Notes: generated by a model not told the origin, from the letters alone. DNA of 64,000 nt from an uncultured Ignavibacteria bacterium (GCA_964570765.1 CAZMZF010000008.1:27301-91300); one strand, 5' to 3'. Shown: positions 1 to 9,713, counted from the stretch's first letter. Numbers and translations: made by a program.

Positions 1-846
1 ATCCACTCCATTTGAATCCATAAATTCGGGTATAAAGTCTAAAAGGGACTCAAAGTTCAAAGGGGCAGACATAGCGCTGGCCGAACCAAATGCCAGAGGA
101 TAATCAGTAGCTATCCTCAAAGCTCCATATCCACCATTACCATGCCCGGAGATGGCAACATTCCGCCTGAAATATGCGGTGTCATCTGAGATGTTCACAA
201 GGGTGTCAGCGGTAGTATCTACCTCTACAGTTATAAGTGTATCTATATCCTCGATGCTATCTGGAGGACAAGGAGTTGTCGTGCCTTGGCAAACGGTATC
301 GATTTCTATGGTTATAGTTGTATCCATGTGAATGAATACCTTATAACTTATCCCTCTTATCCATTGGCCATAGTTGTAAAGGATTTTATCAAACAATTCC
401 TGGGTTATGTAATCCTCATATTTCCCGCCAAAGTTAGAATCTGCAAGGACTGAGTTGTTGAAGAAGCTACCTCCGAAAATACCAGCGCCATCCGGCATAA
501 TAATTATCATTGGCTGGATCTCTCCGGTGGATGTCATTTGATCAGCAATGGTTTTTACATTGTAGAAATGCTGGTAACTCCACCCGTTTTCCTTAAAACC
601 GTGCAGGAGAAACAGGATCGGGTATTCTTTGGCTATACCTTCTTGGAAACCGGGTGGAAGATAAACCAGAAGTGTTCTTCCAACCGGGTCATTCAAGACA
701 TTTTCCAGAGAGGAAAATTCAAAAGTATTCTCGAAAAGCCCTCCATTACCTATTTCCATCTTAAGTGGATTTTTCCTCTGGCTACAGCCGGAAATTATTA
801 AGAGGGAAAGAAGGACTAAAAAGATTAATTGTTTTACTCTTCTCAT
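1..846 (-). CDS. Esterase-family (alpha/beta hydrolase, PF00756-like) lipoprotein, 3'-truncated by window edge; nucleophile Ser replaced by Gly
   Basis: Not in ORF track; translated by hand. ATG at 846 with RBS AGGAGAG. MRRVKQLIFLVLLSLLIISGC lipobox, then LLVYLPPG..YPILFLLHGF..PMIIIMPDG..GSFFNNS..YEDYITQEL..AISGHGNGGYGALRIA. Open to base 1. Confidence 0.85.
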   Translation of the reverse strand, partial: MRRVKQLIFLVLLSLLIISGCSQRKNPLKMEIGNGGLFENTFEFSSLENVLNDPVGRTLLVYLPPGFQEGIAKEYPILFLLHGFKENGWSYQHFYNVKTIADQMTSTGEIQPMIIIMPDGAGIFGGSFFNNSVLADSNFGGKYEDYITQELFDKILYNYGQWIRGISYKVFIHMDTTITIEIDTVCQGTTTPCPPDSIEDIDTLITVEVDTTADTLVNISDDTAYFRRNVAISGHGNGGYGALRIATDYPLAFGSASAMSAPLNFESLLDFIPEFMDSNGVD

Positions 847-861
847 CTTGAACTCTCCTCT

Positions 862-2292
862 TTAAAATTTATAGGTTAAGGTGAAATAAGAAGTATGGTT
901 TGCATTCTCATATCTTCCAGGAAGATTAGTTTGAGAATCAGGGCTTGCATCTTCTGAAGGTTTCAGGAAATTCTGCTTGTATCCGGTGAACTCATAAGAA
1001 TACCCTAATTCAAAAGATTTAACCTTATAACCAACTCCAAGGGTAATACCATTTTTTTCTCCTGAATCGAAGAATAATGGAGTAAGTGTTTCATCCGGGA
1101 TAGGAGTAGGGTTCAGGAAATAACCAGCTCTCAGAGCTAAGCTGGTATGAGGTCGATATTCCAGACCAAGGCTGAATCTGGTTACATCTTTCCATTCTAA
1201 CGGAATTTTATATTCTGTAACTTCGTTACCAAATGGGTCCTTCCCATTTTCCTCAAATTTAAGCTCTTTTAAAGTGGACCAGGTAGTAAGGTTTACATCA
1301 CAGGTCAAGGTAAGATTAGCATAGGGCATATATGCAATTCCCACTCCAAAGTCTGCCGGGAATTTAAGCTTGACATCAGAGTCAAGAGTAGAGCTCAAGG
1401 TATTACCCCTCAAATGGTTAGCGGCAACTGGATCGATCGGGTCAATTTTAAGAGCGGTAGTAGAATCCATAGGTAGATATACCGTGATTTCTCTGGTCCC
1501 AGAAAGGTTTATAGTTATCGGGCTTCTGATAGATACACCTATCTGAAACTTAGGAGATGCCTTATATAATAAACCTAAGTTTCCTCCAAATCCCCAGCCA
1601 TCCCCTTCGAAATTATTATCTACTGCAAAGAGATCACGCGGTTTATTGTTGTAAGGGTAAGGTAAGTCACTAGGAACGAGATCGACTTTTCTTAAGGTAA
1701 AATCACCTTTCTGGATACTTATTCCTGCTCCTATCGATAGCTTTCCCTCCATAAACTGTCTGGCTACACTGGGATGAAAATCCAGAACAGTGATATCTGC
1801 TTCATGGTCGTACTCCGGATAGGGAATATTATTATTATATCCTGGCAGAGGATCAAATAGGTCCCATTTATAACTGCTGCGGTAAGGGATATAGAAAGCC
1901 AAACCGGATACGAAACCATTTAGTTCTGGAAATTTTAAAAAACCGCTGAAACTGGGCAGGGAGAAATTTTTGTCTTCCGGATACCACTTCATACCATTTT
2001 TGTAACCAACTTCCCATTTATCCACTCCAAAAGTTACATCCGGCGTGAATTTAGGTCTGGGGCTTAATACCATAAAAGAGAAATTAACCTCAGATTTGGT
2101 CTGGAAGGCAAGACCAGCCGGATTCCAGTACGAAGCGCTCCAGTCATCCGCTAACCCGCGGAAAGCTCCTCCTAAGCTAAGCGCTTTTGCACCTACTCCC
2201 GAAGGGGTTAATCCAGATGAATAAGTTTGTAAAGGATAGATAAGGAGGAATAACAGAAAAAAAGAGGCAATCAGGTTTTTAGTTCTCATCAT
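862..2292 (-). CDS. OmpP1/FadL/TodX-family outer-membrane beta-barrel transporter
   Basis: Signal peptide, GAKALSLGGAFRGLADDWSASYWNPAGL hatch motif, alternating beta strands, C-terminal YKF. Confidence 0.85.
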   Translation of the reverse strand: MMRTKNLIASFFLLFLLIYPLQTYSSGLTPSGVGAKALSLGGAFRGLADDWSASYWNPAGLAFQTKSEVNFSFMVLSPRPKFTPDVTFGVDKWEVGYKNGMKWYPEDKNFSLPSFSGFLKFPELNGFVSGLAFYIPYRSSYKWDLFDPLPGYNNNIPYPEYDHEADITVLDFHPSVARQFMEGKLSIGAGISIQKGDFTLRKVDLVPSDLPYPYNNKPRDLFAVDNNFEGDGWGFGGNLGLLYKASPKFQIGVSIRSPITINLSGTREITVYLPMDSTTALKIDPIDPVAANHLRGNTLSSTLDSDVKLKFPADFGVGIAYMPYANLTLTCDVNLTTWSTLKELKFEENGKDPFGNEVTEYKIPLEWKDVTRFSLGLEYRPHTSLALRAGYFLNPTPIPDETLTPLFFDSGEKNGITLGVGYKVKSFELGYSYEFTGYKQNFLKPSEDASPDSQTNLPGRYENANHTSYFTLTYKF

Positions 2293-3108
2293 CTGCTCCT
2301 TAAATTTAAAGGTTTAATATAAAAGTATTAAAAAAAAATTAAAAGCTTCCACCTCCTTTTATATATGACCAAAAAGACCTTATATCTATTCTTTCTCCTA
2401 TAACAAAAACTTTTAAGTCTTGAAATTACAACATAACTCTTTTTTTGTCAACTATTTTTTTGGGATTTATTAACAAAATCATAAGTTATAATGGAATTAA
2501 AGAATGAATTCTGTAATTGATTATTTTTAAAAGGGTTAAAAGGATAAAGAAGAAAGAGGAGAATGCTTGGATTTTTTAGCTAATTTGAAAAGATCAAGTG
2601 TACTAAACTGATGACCTAAGCTTATGATATCAAAAACCTTCTAAACTTGTCCGTGTTATCTAAACTAAAATAATCACATAATATCTTTAGCATAAGCTGA
2701 TTTATCATCGTTAGTAAGTTATTATATATATTCAGTTTTAAAAAATATTTAAAAAATTTTATTTTTTTATCTGACAATTAACTATGGACCATTTAAATGA
2801 AAATCAGAGAGAAAAAGAACCTTTATTCACATTGGAGAGTGACAGGGGAAATGGATTTTTACCCTCTTGCCTGTTGAATTGGATTGAGTTTTTTCTACCT
2901 TTAATGATTTGAAAATTTCATTCCGTTCAGACGGGATGATAACTAGTTGGTTTACTCCTTCATTGAAAGTTAAAAACCAATTTTTTGTTAGAAAAATTGG
3001 AAAGGGTAGCTTTTTGTCTTTTCAAAAAACTTTTTGGGAAGATTATTCTCCTTAGAAATGATGTAAAACAGTATTAAAAACCTTTAACCTTAAAAGGAGA
3101 CAGAAATA

Positions 3109-4064
3109 ATCAAGAAGCTGATTATATTAGGGATTTTACTACTGGTCAGTGTACCTGCTTTTGGTCAACATCTTGACACCGCTTGGGTGAGGTTCTACGA
3201 TGGACCGCAGACAAACGGGTACGATAGAGCTAAAGCCATAGCAGTAGATGATTCTGGAAATGTCCATGTGACCGGATTTATAGATGCTACTAAATATGGA
3301 GATGGCGGTGATTATGCTACTATAAAATATGACCCAAAAGGGATTAGTCTTTGGTTGGACACCTACAATGGACCAGGAGACTATACAGATGCGGCTACTG
3401 ACATAGCCGTAGATGATTCAGGTAATGTTTTTGTGACTGGATATAGTTCTCCCTCACCTCCTCCTGGTTCTGCAGACTATTACACTATAGGATATGATAA
3501 AGATGGTGGTCTTATCGGTTATGATAGATATGATGGACCAGCAGGTGGTTCTGATAAGGCTCGTGCCATAACGGTAGATGCTTCTGGGAATGTCTATGTG
3601 ACCGGATATAGCGAAGGAAGCGGAACAGAACGGGATTATGCCACCATAAGGTATAACTCTTCATGTAATCAGGTCTTGGTTAAAAGGTACAACGGATCAG
3701 GAAACTTTGGTGACGAGGCTAATGCCATAGCCTTCGGTTTTGCTAAAAATTGCTATGGCAATATCTATGTGACCGGGTATAGCACAGTGTCATGGGAGAA
3801 CTACGCCACTATCAGATATGCTCAGTTTAAGTGTGGGGATGCCAATTGCGATGGCAATGTGTCAGTCTCAGATGTAAGTTATCTAATAACTATTTATTCA
3901 AGGGTGGTCCTCCTCCTTGTCCGATTCTTCAATCTGGAGATGTCAATTGTGATGGAGTAGTCTCAATTTCTGATGTTAACTATTTGATTAATTATCTTTT
4001 TAAAGGTGGTCCTCCACCTTGCGATACGGGTGGTAATGGAAACCCGGACTGCTATGGTTATTAG
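3109..4064 (+). pseudogene. Secreted SBBP-type beta-propeller repeat protein with C-terminal dockerin; start codon is ATC and there is a frameshift in the dockerin
   Basis: RBS AAGGAG at 3094-3099, then ATC-KKLIILGILLLVSVPAFG signal peptide in frame with ORF 3187. Repeats AIAVDxSGNVYVTG..DYATIKY. One base is missing near 3888 (CTA ATA AC TAT for L-I-N-Y); the dockerin continues in ORF 3831..4064. Confidence 0.8.
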
Positions 4065-4109
4065 TACACTGTTACTGGCATAAGGTTATAACCGAAAAGA
4101 TTTGAGCAA

Positions 4110-4276
4110 GTAGGGGCGACCCGGCAGGTCGCCCCTACAGTTTCTTTTTTCTCATAGGCTGGGCTCCCAGCCCAGCAAAACGAGAATGTAGTTGCTCGAT
4201 TTATCGAGCATCTCGAAGCATCCGGCCATTATGTCAGATGTTTTTTACATAGGGCAGGAGTTCAACCCCTGCCCCG
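4110..4276. repeat. Cluster of 4 REP-like hairpins
   Basis: gtaggggcgacccggcaggtcgcccctac (4110-4138), taggctgggctcccagcccagc, gtagttgctcgatttatcgagca, tagggcaggagttcaacccctgccc. Confidence 0.8.
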
Positions 4277-4294
4277 CAAGTATTATTGTCTTTC

Positions 4295-4520
4295 TGTCCA
4301 AAACCTGAACAATAAATCTTTTTCGGCTAACCTCAAGTATGCAAAGTAGATTAGTTTAAAATCTATCCGGATTAAAAGATTTATCTGTTTAAAAAATGAA
4401 CATCTTTATAAGGTGGAAAATATTTCCCCAAAAATATTTTAAAAAGGCTCCTCGTAACTTCAAGTAAATAAAAGAGATAAGAATTATTTTTTATACTAAA
4501 ATTTATGGCATAGATATTGC
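4295..4520 (+). promoter_or_regulatory. Sigma54 promoter with two upstream enhancer-protein sites (PEP-CTERM gene 1)
   Basis: TGGCATAGATATTGC at 4506-4520 (-24/-12). TGTCCA-N5-TGAACA at 4295-4311 and TGTTTA-N5-TGAACA at 4386-4402. Confidence 0.75.
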
Positions 4521-4631
4521 TGAAATTCTATTTGTAAATTCTCATTTTTGTGAGCAGAGCTCTTTAATTTTAAGTAAGAAACAGAAAAAAAATGAACCAT
4601 TAACAATTTAAAATAATGAGGAGGTGAAAAA

Positions 4632-5234
4632 ATGAAAAAAGTAGTTATCCTGCTTTTCGTCTCAGCTATACTCTGGTTGTGTTCAGCTACAGCGGGATTG
4701 GCAGTGCCGATGACACTTTTCTTCGATAACCACGACCTGGACTTAGGTACTGCGAGCCAGATAAACTTGAATACCCAGTATCAGTCTGCTTACGGCATAT
4801 GGTTCCAGGAGGTCTACCGTTATATAGATGACCGTGACCCTTTTGTAGACCCCTACCCTGATACTTACGGGAATTTTGGAATCTCTAATGGATTCCTCCA
4901 GCAGAATGGTCTTGTCTCCACCCAGGGGAGAGTCAATTTTCTCTTCCCCACCCCTTATCTCCATTTCGACTGGTGGACAATTCCCGAAAATGCATTAACC
5001 ATCGAGGCATTTAACTCAGTCGGTATCTCCCAGGGTAGTTTATCTGCTTTGAGCGGTTCCGGCACGAATTCCTTAGTCGGCGATATTTCCTATGTTAAGT
5101 TCAACGACGCCGGTGGTTTTGTCCAACTCTCCAACATACGTTATGACTCACCTATCCCGGAGCCAGGTACTCTTTTGCTTTTAGGCACTGGTCTTCTGGG
5201 CTTGGGTGCTTTCAGGCTTAGAAGGAAAAAGTAA
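4632..5234 (+). CDS. PEP-CTERM sorting-domain surface protein
   Basis: Signal peptide; C-terminal PIPEPGTLLLLGTGLLGLGAFRLRRKK. Confidence 0.92.
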   Translation: MKKVVILLFVSAILWLCSATAGLAVPMTLFFDNHDLDLGTASQINLNTQYQSAYGIWFQEVYRYIDDRDPFVDPYPDTYGNFGISNGFLQQNGLVSTQGRVNFLFPTPYLHFDWWTIPENALTIEAFNSVGISQGSLSALSGSGTNSLVGDISYVKFNDAGGFVQLSNIRYDSPIPEPGTLLLLGTGLLGLGAFRLRRKK

Positions 5235-5255
5235 AAAAGAAAAATTAATGTTTTG

Positions 5256-5296
5256 AAATGCCCGATCCGCTTGAGGTGGATCGGGCGTTTTATTTT
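5256..5296 (+). terminator. Intrinsic terminator
   Basis: atgcccgatcc-gcttgaggt-ggatcgggcgt hairpin followed by a T-tract; near-identical copy at 6370. Confidence 0.7.
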
Positions 5297-5306
5297 GAGT
5301 TATTTC

Positions 5307-5352
5307 GTAGCGCGACCCTTTTCCTAATTATGGATCCGTAGGACAGGGTCGC
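5307..5352 (+). repeat. GTAG REP (gtagcgcgaccct family) with 20-bp GGATCC micro-insert
   Basis: gtagcgcgacccttt-[cctaattatggatccgtagg]-acagggtcgc. Second copy at 6452-6497; empty form gtagtgcgacccttttagggtcgc near 50069. Confidence 0.75.
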
Positions 5353-5458
5353 CTTAATAGTAATAATGTTTAGTGGTGTCTCTTGTTGATATACTTACCT
5401 TATCTTTTCTTCAAGCAGTTCTGCGTTAATCAGGAGTAAATTAGTATTATTGTCTTTC

Positions 5459-5683
5459 TGTCCAAAACCTGAACAAAAGACTTGTTTTTGCTAACCTCAA
5501 CAGTATAAATAGATTAATCCTGAATTTAGCATAATAAAACTACTTGTTTGTCCAAAGAATGAACAAGTTTTTAAGAAGTAAAATTACTCCATTAATAGAA
5601 TTTTCAAAGAATTTTTTTAACTTTAAGTAGTTAAAGGAGATAGAAATAAAAAATTTTATAAATATTTTTAGCACACATTTTGC
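5459..5683 (+). promoter_or_regulatory. Sigma54-like promoter with two enhancer sites (PEP-CTERM gene 2)
   Basis: TGTCCA-N5-TGAACA at 5459-5475 and 5549-5565. TAGCACACATTTTGC at 5669-5683 (one mismatch at the -24 GG). Same 120-bp offset from the proximal site as in unit 1. Confidence 0.65.
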
Positions 5684-5769
5684 TTGAATACTAAAAAGAC
5701 AGTCTTTATATATTGATTATATGAAGAAAACAAACAATTAACTTTTAAACTAAAGAAGGAGATGAAAAG

Positions 5770-6348
5770 ATGAAAAAGGTTATTTTGACTCTGGCGATAC
5801 TTGTGTTAGCGACTTCACCCAGTTGGGCTTTGGTTCTTCTGGATTTTGAGGGCATACCGGATGCATACTATTACTGGGGAGGGAACACAAACTTAGGTAG
5901 TTATTATTCTGGAGTGAATTTTGGGTTAGATGCGACTATTCTGGACAAGGTGATTTACGGATACAACGACGCAGATGGTCCTCCTCATTCCGGGAATGCT
6001 GTTCTATTCTCGAAAAGTGACCCGGTAATACGGATGAATTTCACCGGTGGATTTGTTAATTATGTTGAAACTTGGTATAGCAGTTATACTGATTTCTACA
6101 TGGAAGCATATAATTCATCTGACGTCTTGTTAACCAGCACCTCAGGGTCTGGCATTATCGGCAGCAATTCGCTACTTTCCCTTTCGAGCTCCAACTTTGA
6201 TATCGCTTATGTTTTATATCATGATTACGGCGATTATTATGTCCTGGATGACATAGCTTACAATCCAATCCCAGAGCCAGGTACTTTGATGCTTTTGGGG
6301 ACTGGTTTGTTGGGCTTGGGTGCTTTCAGGTTTAGAAGGAAAAAGTAA
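5770..6348 (+). CDS. PEP-CTERM sorting-domain surface protein
   Basis: Signal peptide; C-terminal PIPEPGTLMLLGTGLLGLGAFRFRRKK. Confidence 0.92.
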   Translation: MKKVILTLAILVLATSPSWALVLLDFEGIPDAYYYWGGNTNLGSYYSGVNFGLDATILDKVIYGYNDADGPPHSGNAVLFSKSDPVIRMNFTGGFVNYVETWYSSYTDFYMEAYNSSDVLLTSTSGSGIIGSNSLLSLSSSNFDIAYVLYHDYGDYYVLDDIAYNPIPEPGTLMLLGTGLLGLGAFRFRRKK

Positions 6349-6369
6349 AAAAGAATAGTTAATATTTTG

Positions 6370-6409
6370 AAATGCCCGATCCACTTGAGGTGAATCGGGC
6401 GTTTTATTT
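6370..6409 (+). terminator. Intrinsic terminator (duplicate of 5256)
   Basis: atgcccgatccacttgaggtgaatcgggcgtttt. Confidence 0.65.
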
Positions 6410-6630
6410 ACTTGAGGTTTTTCGTAAAACCCGTAGGACGTTTTTTCTTTCGTAGCGCGACCCTTTTCCTAATTATGGATCCGTAGGACAGGGTAGCTTT
6501 TCTTTTTTGTAAGAAATTTGCATTTTGGTTAGAAAATTCCTGTTTTAATTTTAAGATTTTTGTTGACTTAAGCCTCTTAATTTCCGTAATTAATATAGAA
6601 ATAGGGAATAACCTCAAAGAAAACATTAAA

Positions 6631-7179
6631 ATGAATTATTTTTTAACTGGATTGCCAGGGATTGGTAAAACTACTATAATTAAAAAGGTAATTGAGAAGA
6701 TGGATAAATCCACTTGCGGTTTCTTTACTACCGAGATTAGAGTTGGTGAGAACAGGGTGGGTTTTTCTGTTCAGACACTTTTCGGCATGGAGGGGGTTTT
6801 AGCCCACAAAGAATTCAAGAGTAAATACCGGGTGGGTAGCTATGGAATAGCGGTTACTGGTTTTGAGAAAATCGTCTCCCGGGAGTTAGAAAGGTGCTTA
6901 AGAGGACGTAGCATCATAATTATAGATGAGATCGGAAAGATGGAGCTTTTCTCCAGAAGGTTTCAAGAGCTGATTCTGGTTTGTCTGGATGCTTCTAATC
7001 CGGTGTTAGGGACGATTATGCATGGCTATCACCCATTCGTGGAGAAGGTGAAGAAACGAGAAGATGTAAAAATCTTCGAAGTGACCAAACAGAATAGAAA
7101 CCAGATGGTTAATATATTGATGGAGGAATTTAAGAAAGAAGATGAGAGCGAAAGCCCTAAAAAAGGAAAAGGCATCTAA
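6631..7179 (+). CDS. Nucleoside-triphosphatase, THEP1/NTPase_1 family
   Basis: Walker A TGLPGIGKTT, GFFTTEIR, Walker B IIIIDEIGKMEL. Confidence 0.9.
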   Translation: MNYFLTGLPGIGKTTIIKKVIEKMDKSTCGFFTTEIRVGENRVGFSVQTLFGMEGVLAHKEFKSKYRVGSYGIAVTGFEKIVSRELERCLRGRSIIIIDEIGKMELFSRRFQELILVCLDASNPVLGTIMHGYHPFVEKVKKREDVKIFEVTKQNRNQMVNILMEEFKKEDESESPKKGKGI

Positions 7180-7279
7180 CTATCTATAGCACTCTGAAGT
7201 GAAAATGAAAATTTGGGGCAGAATCTCGGAGAGGCGTGAGACCTATTCTTCAGAAATAATACATGCTTAAGAAGTTTGA

Positions 7280-7525
7280 ATTCAGAAGATTTATTATTCT
7301 TTTGACAGAGTTCTAAAGGATATAGGAACCAGGCAATTCGTTTATCTTTTTAGGGATGTGAATGCTGACGACATAAAAGATTTGCTGGATGTGGTTTTTT
7401 TGATTAACTACCTTTTTAAATCCGGGGATGCTCCCTGTCCTATGAGAAGGGGAAACCTGAATGCCGATGGGAAAATCTCTTTAGTAGATATACTTGTTTT
7501 AATCCATTCTCTTTATAAATCCTGA
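7280..7525 (+). pseudogene. Orphan degenerate dockerin remnant
   Basis: Hand translation after an in-frame TGA: ..RDVNADDIKDLLDVVFLINYLFKSGDAPCPMRRGNLNADGKISLVDILVLIHSLYKS*. No start codon in frame. Confidence 0.7.
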
Positions 7526-7533
7526 AATTAGAT

Positions 7534-7667
7534 GTAGGGGCGTATTGCAATACGCCCCTGATTTTCTCGTAACGCCCGACCTTAGTGTCGGGCGTTTATT
7601 TTACCCACATTGAGAGCAAGGTTGTTATACAAATATTTTGTAGAGGCACGTTGCAATGTGCCCCTAC
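7534..7667. repeat. Cluster of 3 REP-like hairpins
   Basis: gtaggggcgtattgcaatacgcccct, gtaacgcccgaccttagtgtcgggcg, gtagaggcacgttgcaatgtgcccctac. Confidence 0.8.
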
Positions 7668-7671
7668 CATT

Positions 7672-8673
7672 TTATGGTATTTCCAATACCCCAGCTCCGT
7701 TTATCTTTCCCTGCTTGAGTAAACGCAAAACTTGATTTGCTTCTTTTAAGGGGAAAACTGAGATCTGGGTGCGGATAGGGATTTCTTCAGCCAGTCCGAA
7801 CAACTTTTCACCATCTTTTCTGGTGCTGTTGGCCACACTTCTTAAGGTCTTCTCATAATAAAGATTTTCAGTATAATCAAATTGTGGGATAGAAGACATA
7901 TAGATTCCAGCCAAGGCAAGTGTTCCACCTTTGTTTAAAGCTTTTAAAGCCAGAGGGACCAGTTCTCCGGCGGGGGCAAAGATGATTGAGCTGTGAAGTT
8001 TTTTGGGGGGTGTCTGTTTTGCTTCCCCTGCCCAGACTGCTCCTAATTTTAAAGCTAATTTCTGATGTTCTGTGCTTCGAGTAAAGACATATACTTCACA
8101 ATTCCAGTAAATAGCTATTTGTATAGCAATATGAGCTGAGGCTCCAAAGCCATAAAGTCCCAATCTTTCTCCTGGTTTGATTTCGCTCAGTTTTAAAGCT
8201 CGATATCCGATTATTCCTGCACAGAGTAACGGAGCAGTCTCAGCGGGAGAGAGTTTATCTGGAACAGGGTAGGCGAAATCTTCCTGGATGACTGTATATT
8301 GGGCATAACCTCCATCTGAATGATAGCCGGTGAATTTTGCCTGTTCACACAGGTTTTCTTTTCCACTTTTGCAAAATTCACATTTTCCGCAGGTAGAATT
8401 TAACCAGGCTATACCAACTCTGTCTCCGATTTTGAATAGCTTTGTATCTTTTCCTTTTTTTTCTACTGTCCCAACAATCTGATGACCAGGTATTAGGGGT
8501 AACTTAGGCAAAGGAAGCTCACCTTCAACTGTGTGTAAATCTGTATGGCAGATGCCACAAACCTGAACGCGAACCAAAATCTCCTTTGGTCCGATTTCTG
8601 GTATCGGGATTTCCGTAAACTGAAGAGGATTTTCCTCGATTATACCGGGCTTTTTCAAAAGCATTGCCTGCAT
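7672..8673 (-). CDS. Zinc-dependent alcohol dehydrogenase family protein
   Basis: CGICHTD, GHQIVG, CGKCEFC..ENLC structural Zn motif, LCAGIIGYRAL, GLYGFGASAH. Confidence 0.92.
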   Translation of the reverse strand: MQAMLLKKPGIIEENPLQFTEIPIPEIGPKEILVRVQVCGICHTDLHTVEGELPLPKLPLIPGHQIVGTVEKKGKDTKLFKIGDRVGIAWLNSTCGKCEFCKSGKENLCEQAKFTGYHSDGGYAQYTVIQEDFAYPVPDKLSPAETAPLLCAGIIGYRALKLSEIKPGERLGLYGFGASAHIAIQIAIYWNCEVYVFTRSTEHQKLALKLGAVWAGEAKQTPPKKLHSSIIFAPAGELVPLALKALNKGGTLALAGIYMSSIPQFDYTENLYYEKTLRSVANSTRKDGEKLFGLAEEIPIRTQISVFPLKEANQVLRLLKQGKINGAGVLEIP

Positions 8674-8690
8674 AGGATTTCCTTCTGGTG

Positions 8691-9177
8691 GTAGAGACGC
8701 ATCGCTATGCGTCTCTACTGTTCTCCGTCGACAATCTATTTATTAAAATATTTCTGGCAAGATTAATTTTTGGGCTTTTTTATTTTTTTATCTTTTCCCG
8801 CGTCTGATCATCCCCCGTAGGGGGATGGCACCCTCTATATTTTGGCGACCCAAATGGGTCGCACTACAGTGCTGGGCTTGATAAATCAAGCCCCTACAAA
8901 ACTGTAGGGGTTCGATTTATCGAACCCAAATTGGTGAATGGACCTCACCCTTACCCTTTCCTAAGAGGAGAGGGGAATTTTTATGGCAAGTATTTTAGCG
9001 GGGCTGGGAGCCCCGCCTACGAGAAAGATGTATTATTACTTCACGTAGGCGGAGCACCCTGCTCCGCAAATTGGCTGTCAGAACAGGCAGGAATGCCTGT
9101 TCTACCGTTTTACTTCATCCCCAAACAAGTTTGGGGATGGCACCCTGATGCAGGGGCGTATAGCAATACGCCCCTAC
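8691..9177. repeat. Dense mosaic of about 11 different REP-like hairpins (BIME-like)
   Basis: Includes gtagagacgcatcgctatgcgtctctac, gcgacccaaatgggtcgcactac, gggcttgataaatcaagcccctac, gtaggggttcgatttatcgaacc, gcggggctgggagccccgcctac, gtaggcggagcaccctgctccgc, gaacaggcaggaatgcctgttctac, and two catcccc..ggggatggcaccc units. Confidence 0.85.
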
Positions 9178-9221
9178 TTTTTTTCTTGCCACCTCTTTTT
9201 TCTTCTAATATATTTGACAAT

Positions 9222-9713
9222 ATGAATAAAGCTGATAAAAATTCTGCCTCAGCTGAAGATGAGATTAAGAACATTGCCACTAATCGGAAAGCGCGGCATG
9301 AATATATTATCTTGGAGACCTATGAGGCGGGGTTGGTTCTGAAAGGGACTGAGGTGAAATCGCTGAGGGAGGGTAAGGCCAATCTCAAAGATTCTTATGC
9401 TAAAATAGATAAGGAAGAAGCAGTTCTCCTGAATATGCATATCAGTCCCTATGAGAAAGGGAACAGATATAATCAGGACCCAACCCGACCAAGAAAACTC
9501 CTGTTACACAAAAGCCAGATAAAAAGGTTATTAGGTAAGGTGGTTGAAAAAGGATTGACCTTAATCCCTCTCCGGCTCTATTTTAAGGGGAGTTATGCTA
9601 AAGTTGAACTGGCTGTAGCTGTGGGGAAGAAGCTTTACGATAAAAGAAAATCAATTACGAAAAGGGACGTAGAACGTGCTTTAAGAAGAGCTCTAAAGGA
9701 AAGAAATAAATGA
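9222..9713 (+). CDS. smpB: SsrA-binding protein SmpB
   Basis: [41 protein letters not shown]. Start moved from 8931 to ATG 9222 because the extension is repeat DNA. Confidence 0.95.
   Translation: MNKADKNSASAEDEIKNIATNRKARHEYIILETYEAGLVLKGTEVKSLREGKANLKDSYAKIDKEEAVLLNMHISPYEKGNRYNQDPTRPRKLLLHKSQIKRLLGKVVEKGLTLIPLRLYFKGSYAKVELAVAVGKKLYDKRKSITKRDVERALRRALKERNK

Noticed and set aside
2293-3090. Hidden gene or ncRNA in the 800-bp AT-rich gap
   Set aside because: Only divergent promoter-like elements (e.g. TTGACA-N17-TAATTT on the minus strand near 2423-2451); no supportable ORF or structure.
5150-6348. Diversity-generating retroelement TR/VR pair in the PEP-CTERM tails
   Set aside because: Differences are mostly synonymous and not adenine-specific; no reverse transcriptase in the window.
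8691-9177. CRISPR array
   Set aside because: No constant repeat with unique, equal-length spacers; the hairpins differ from each other; no cas genes.
8931-9221. 97-aa N-terminal extension of SmpB
   Set aside because: Entirely REP mosaic; SmpB similarity begins after ATG 9222.
9222-9713. tmRNA (ssrA) near smpB
   Set aside because: No tRNA-Ala-like ends or tag reading frame were recognised in the flanks.
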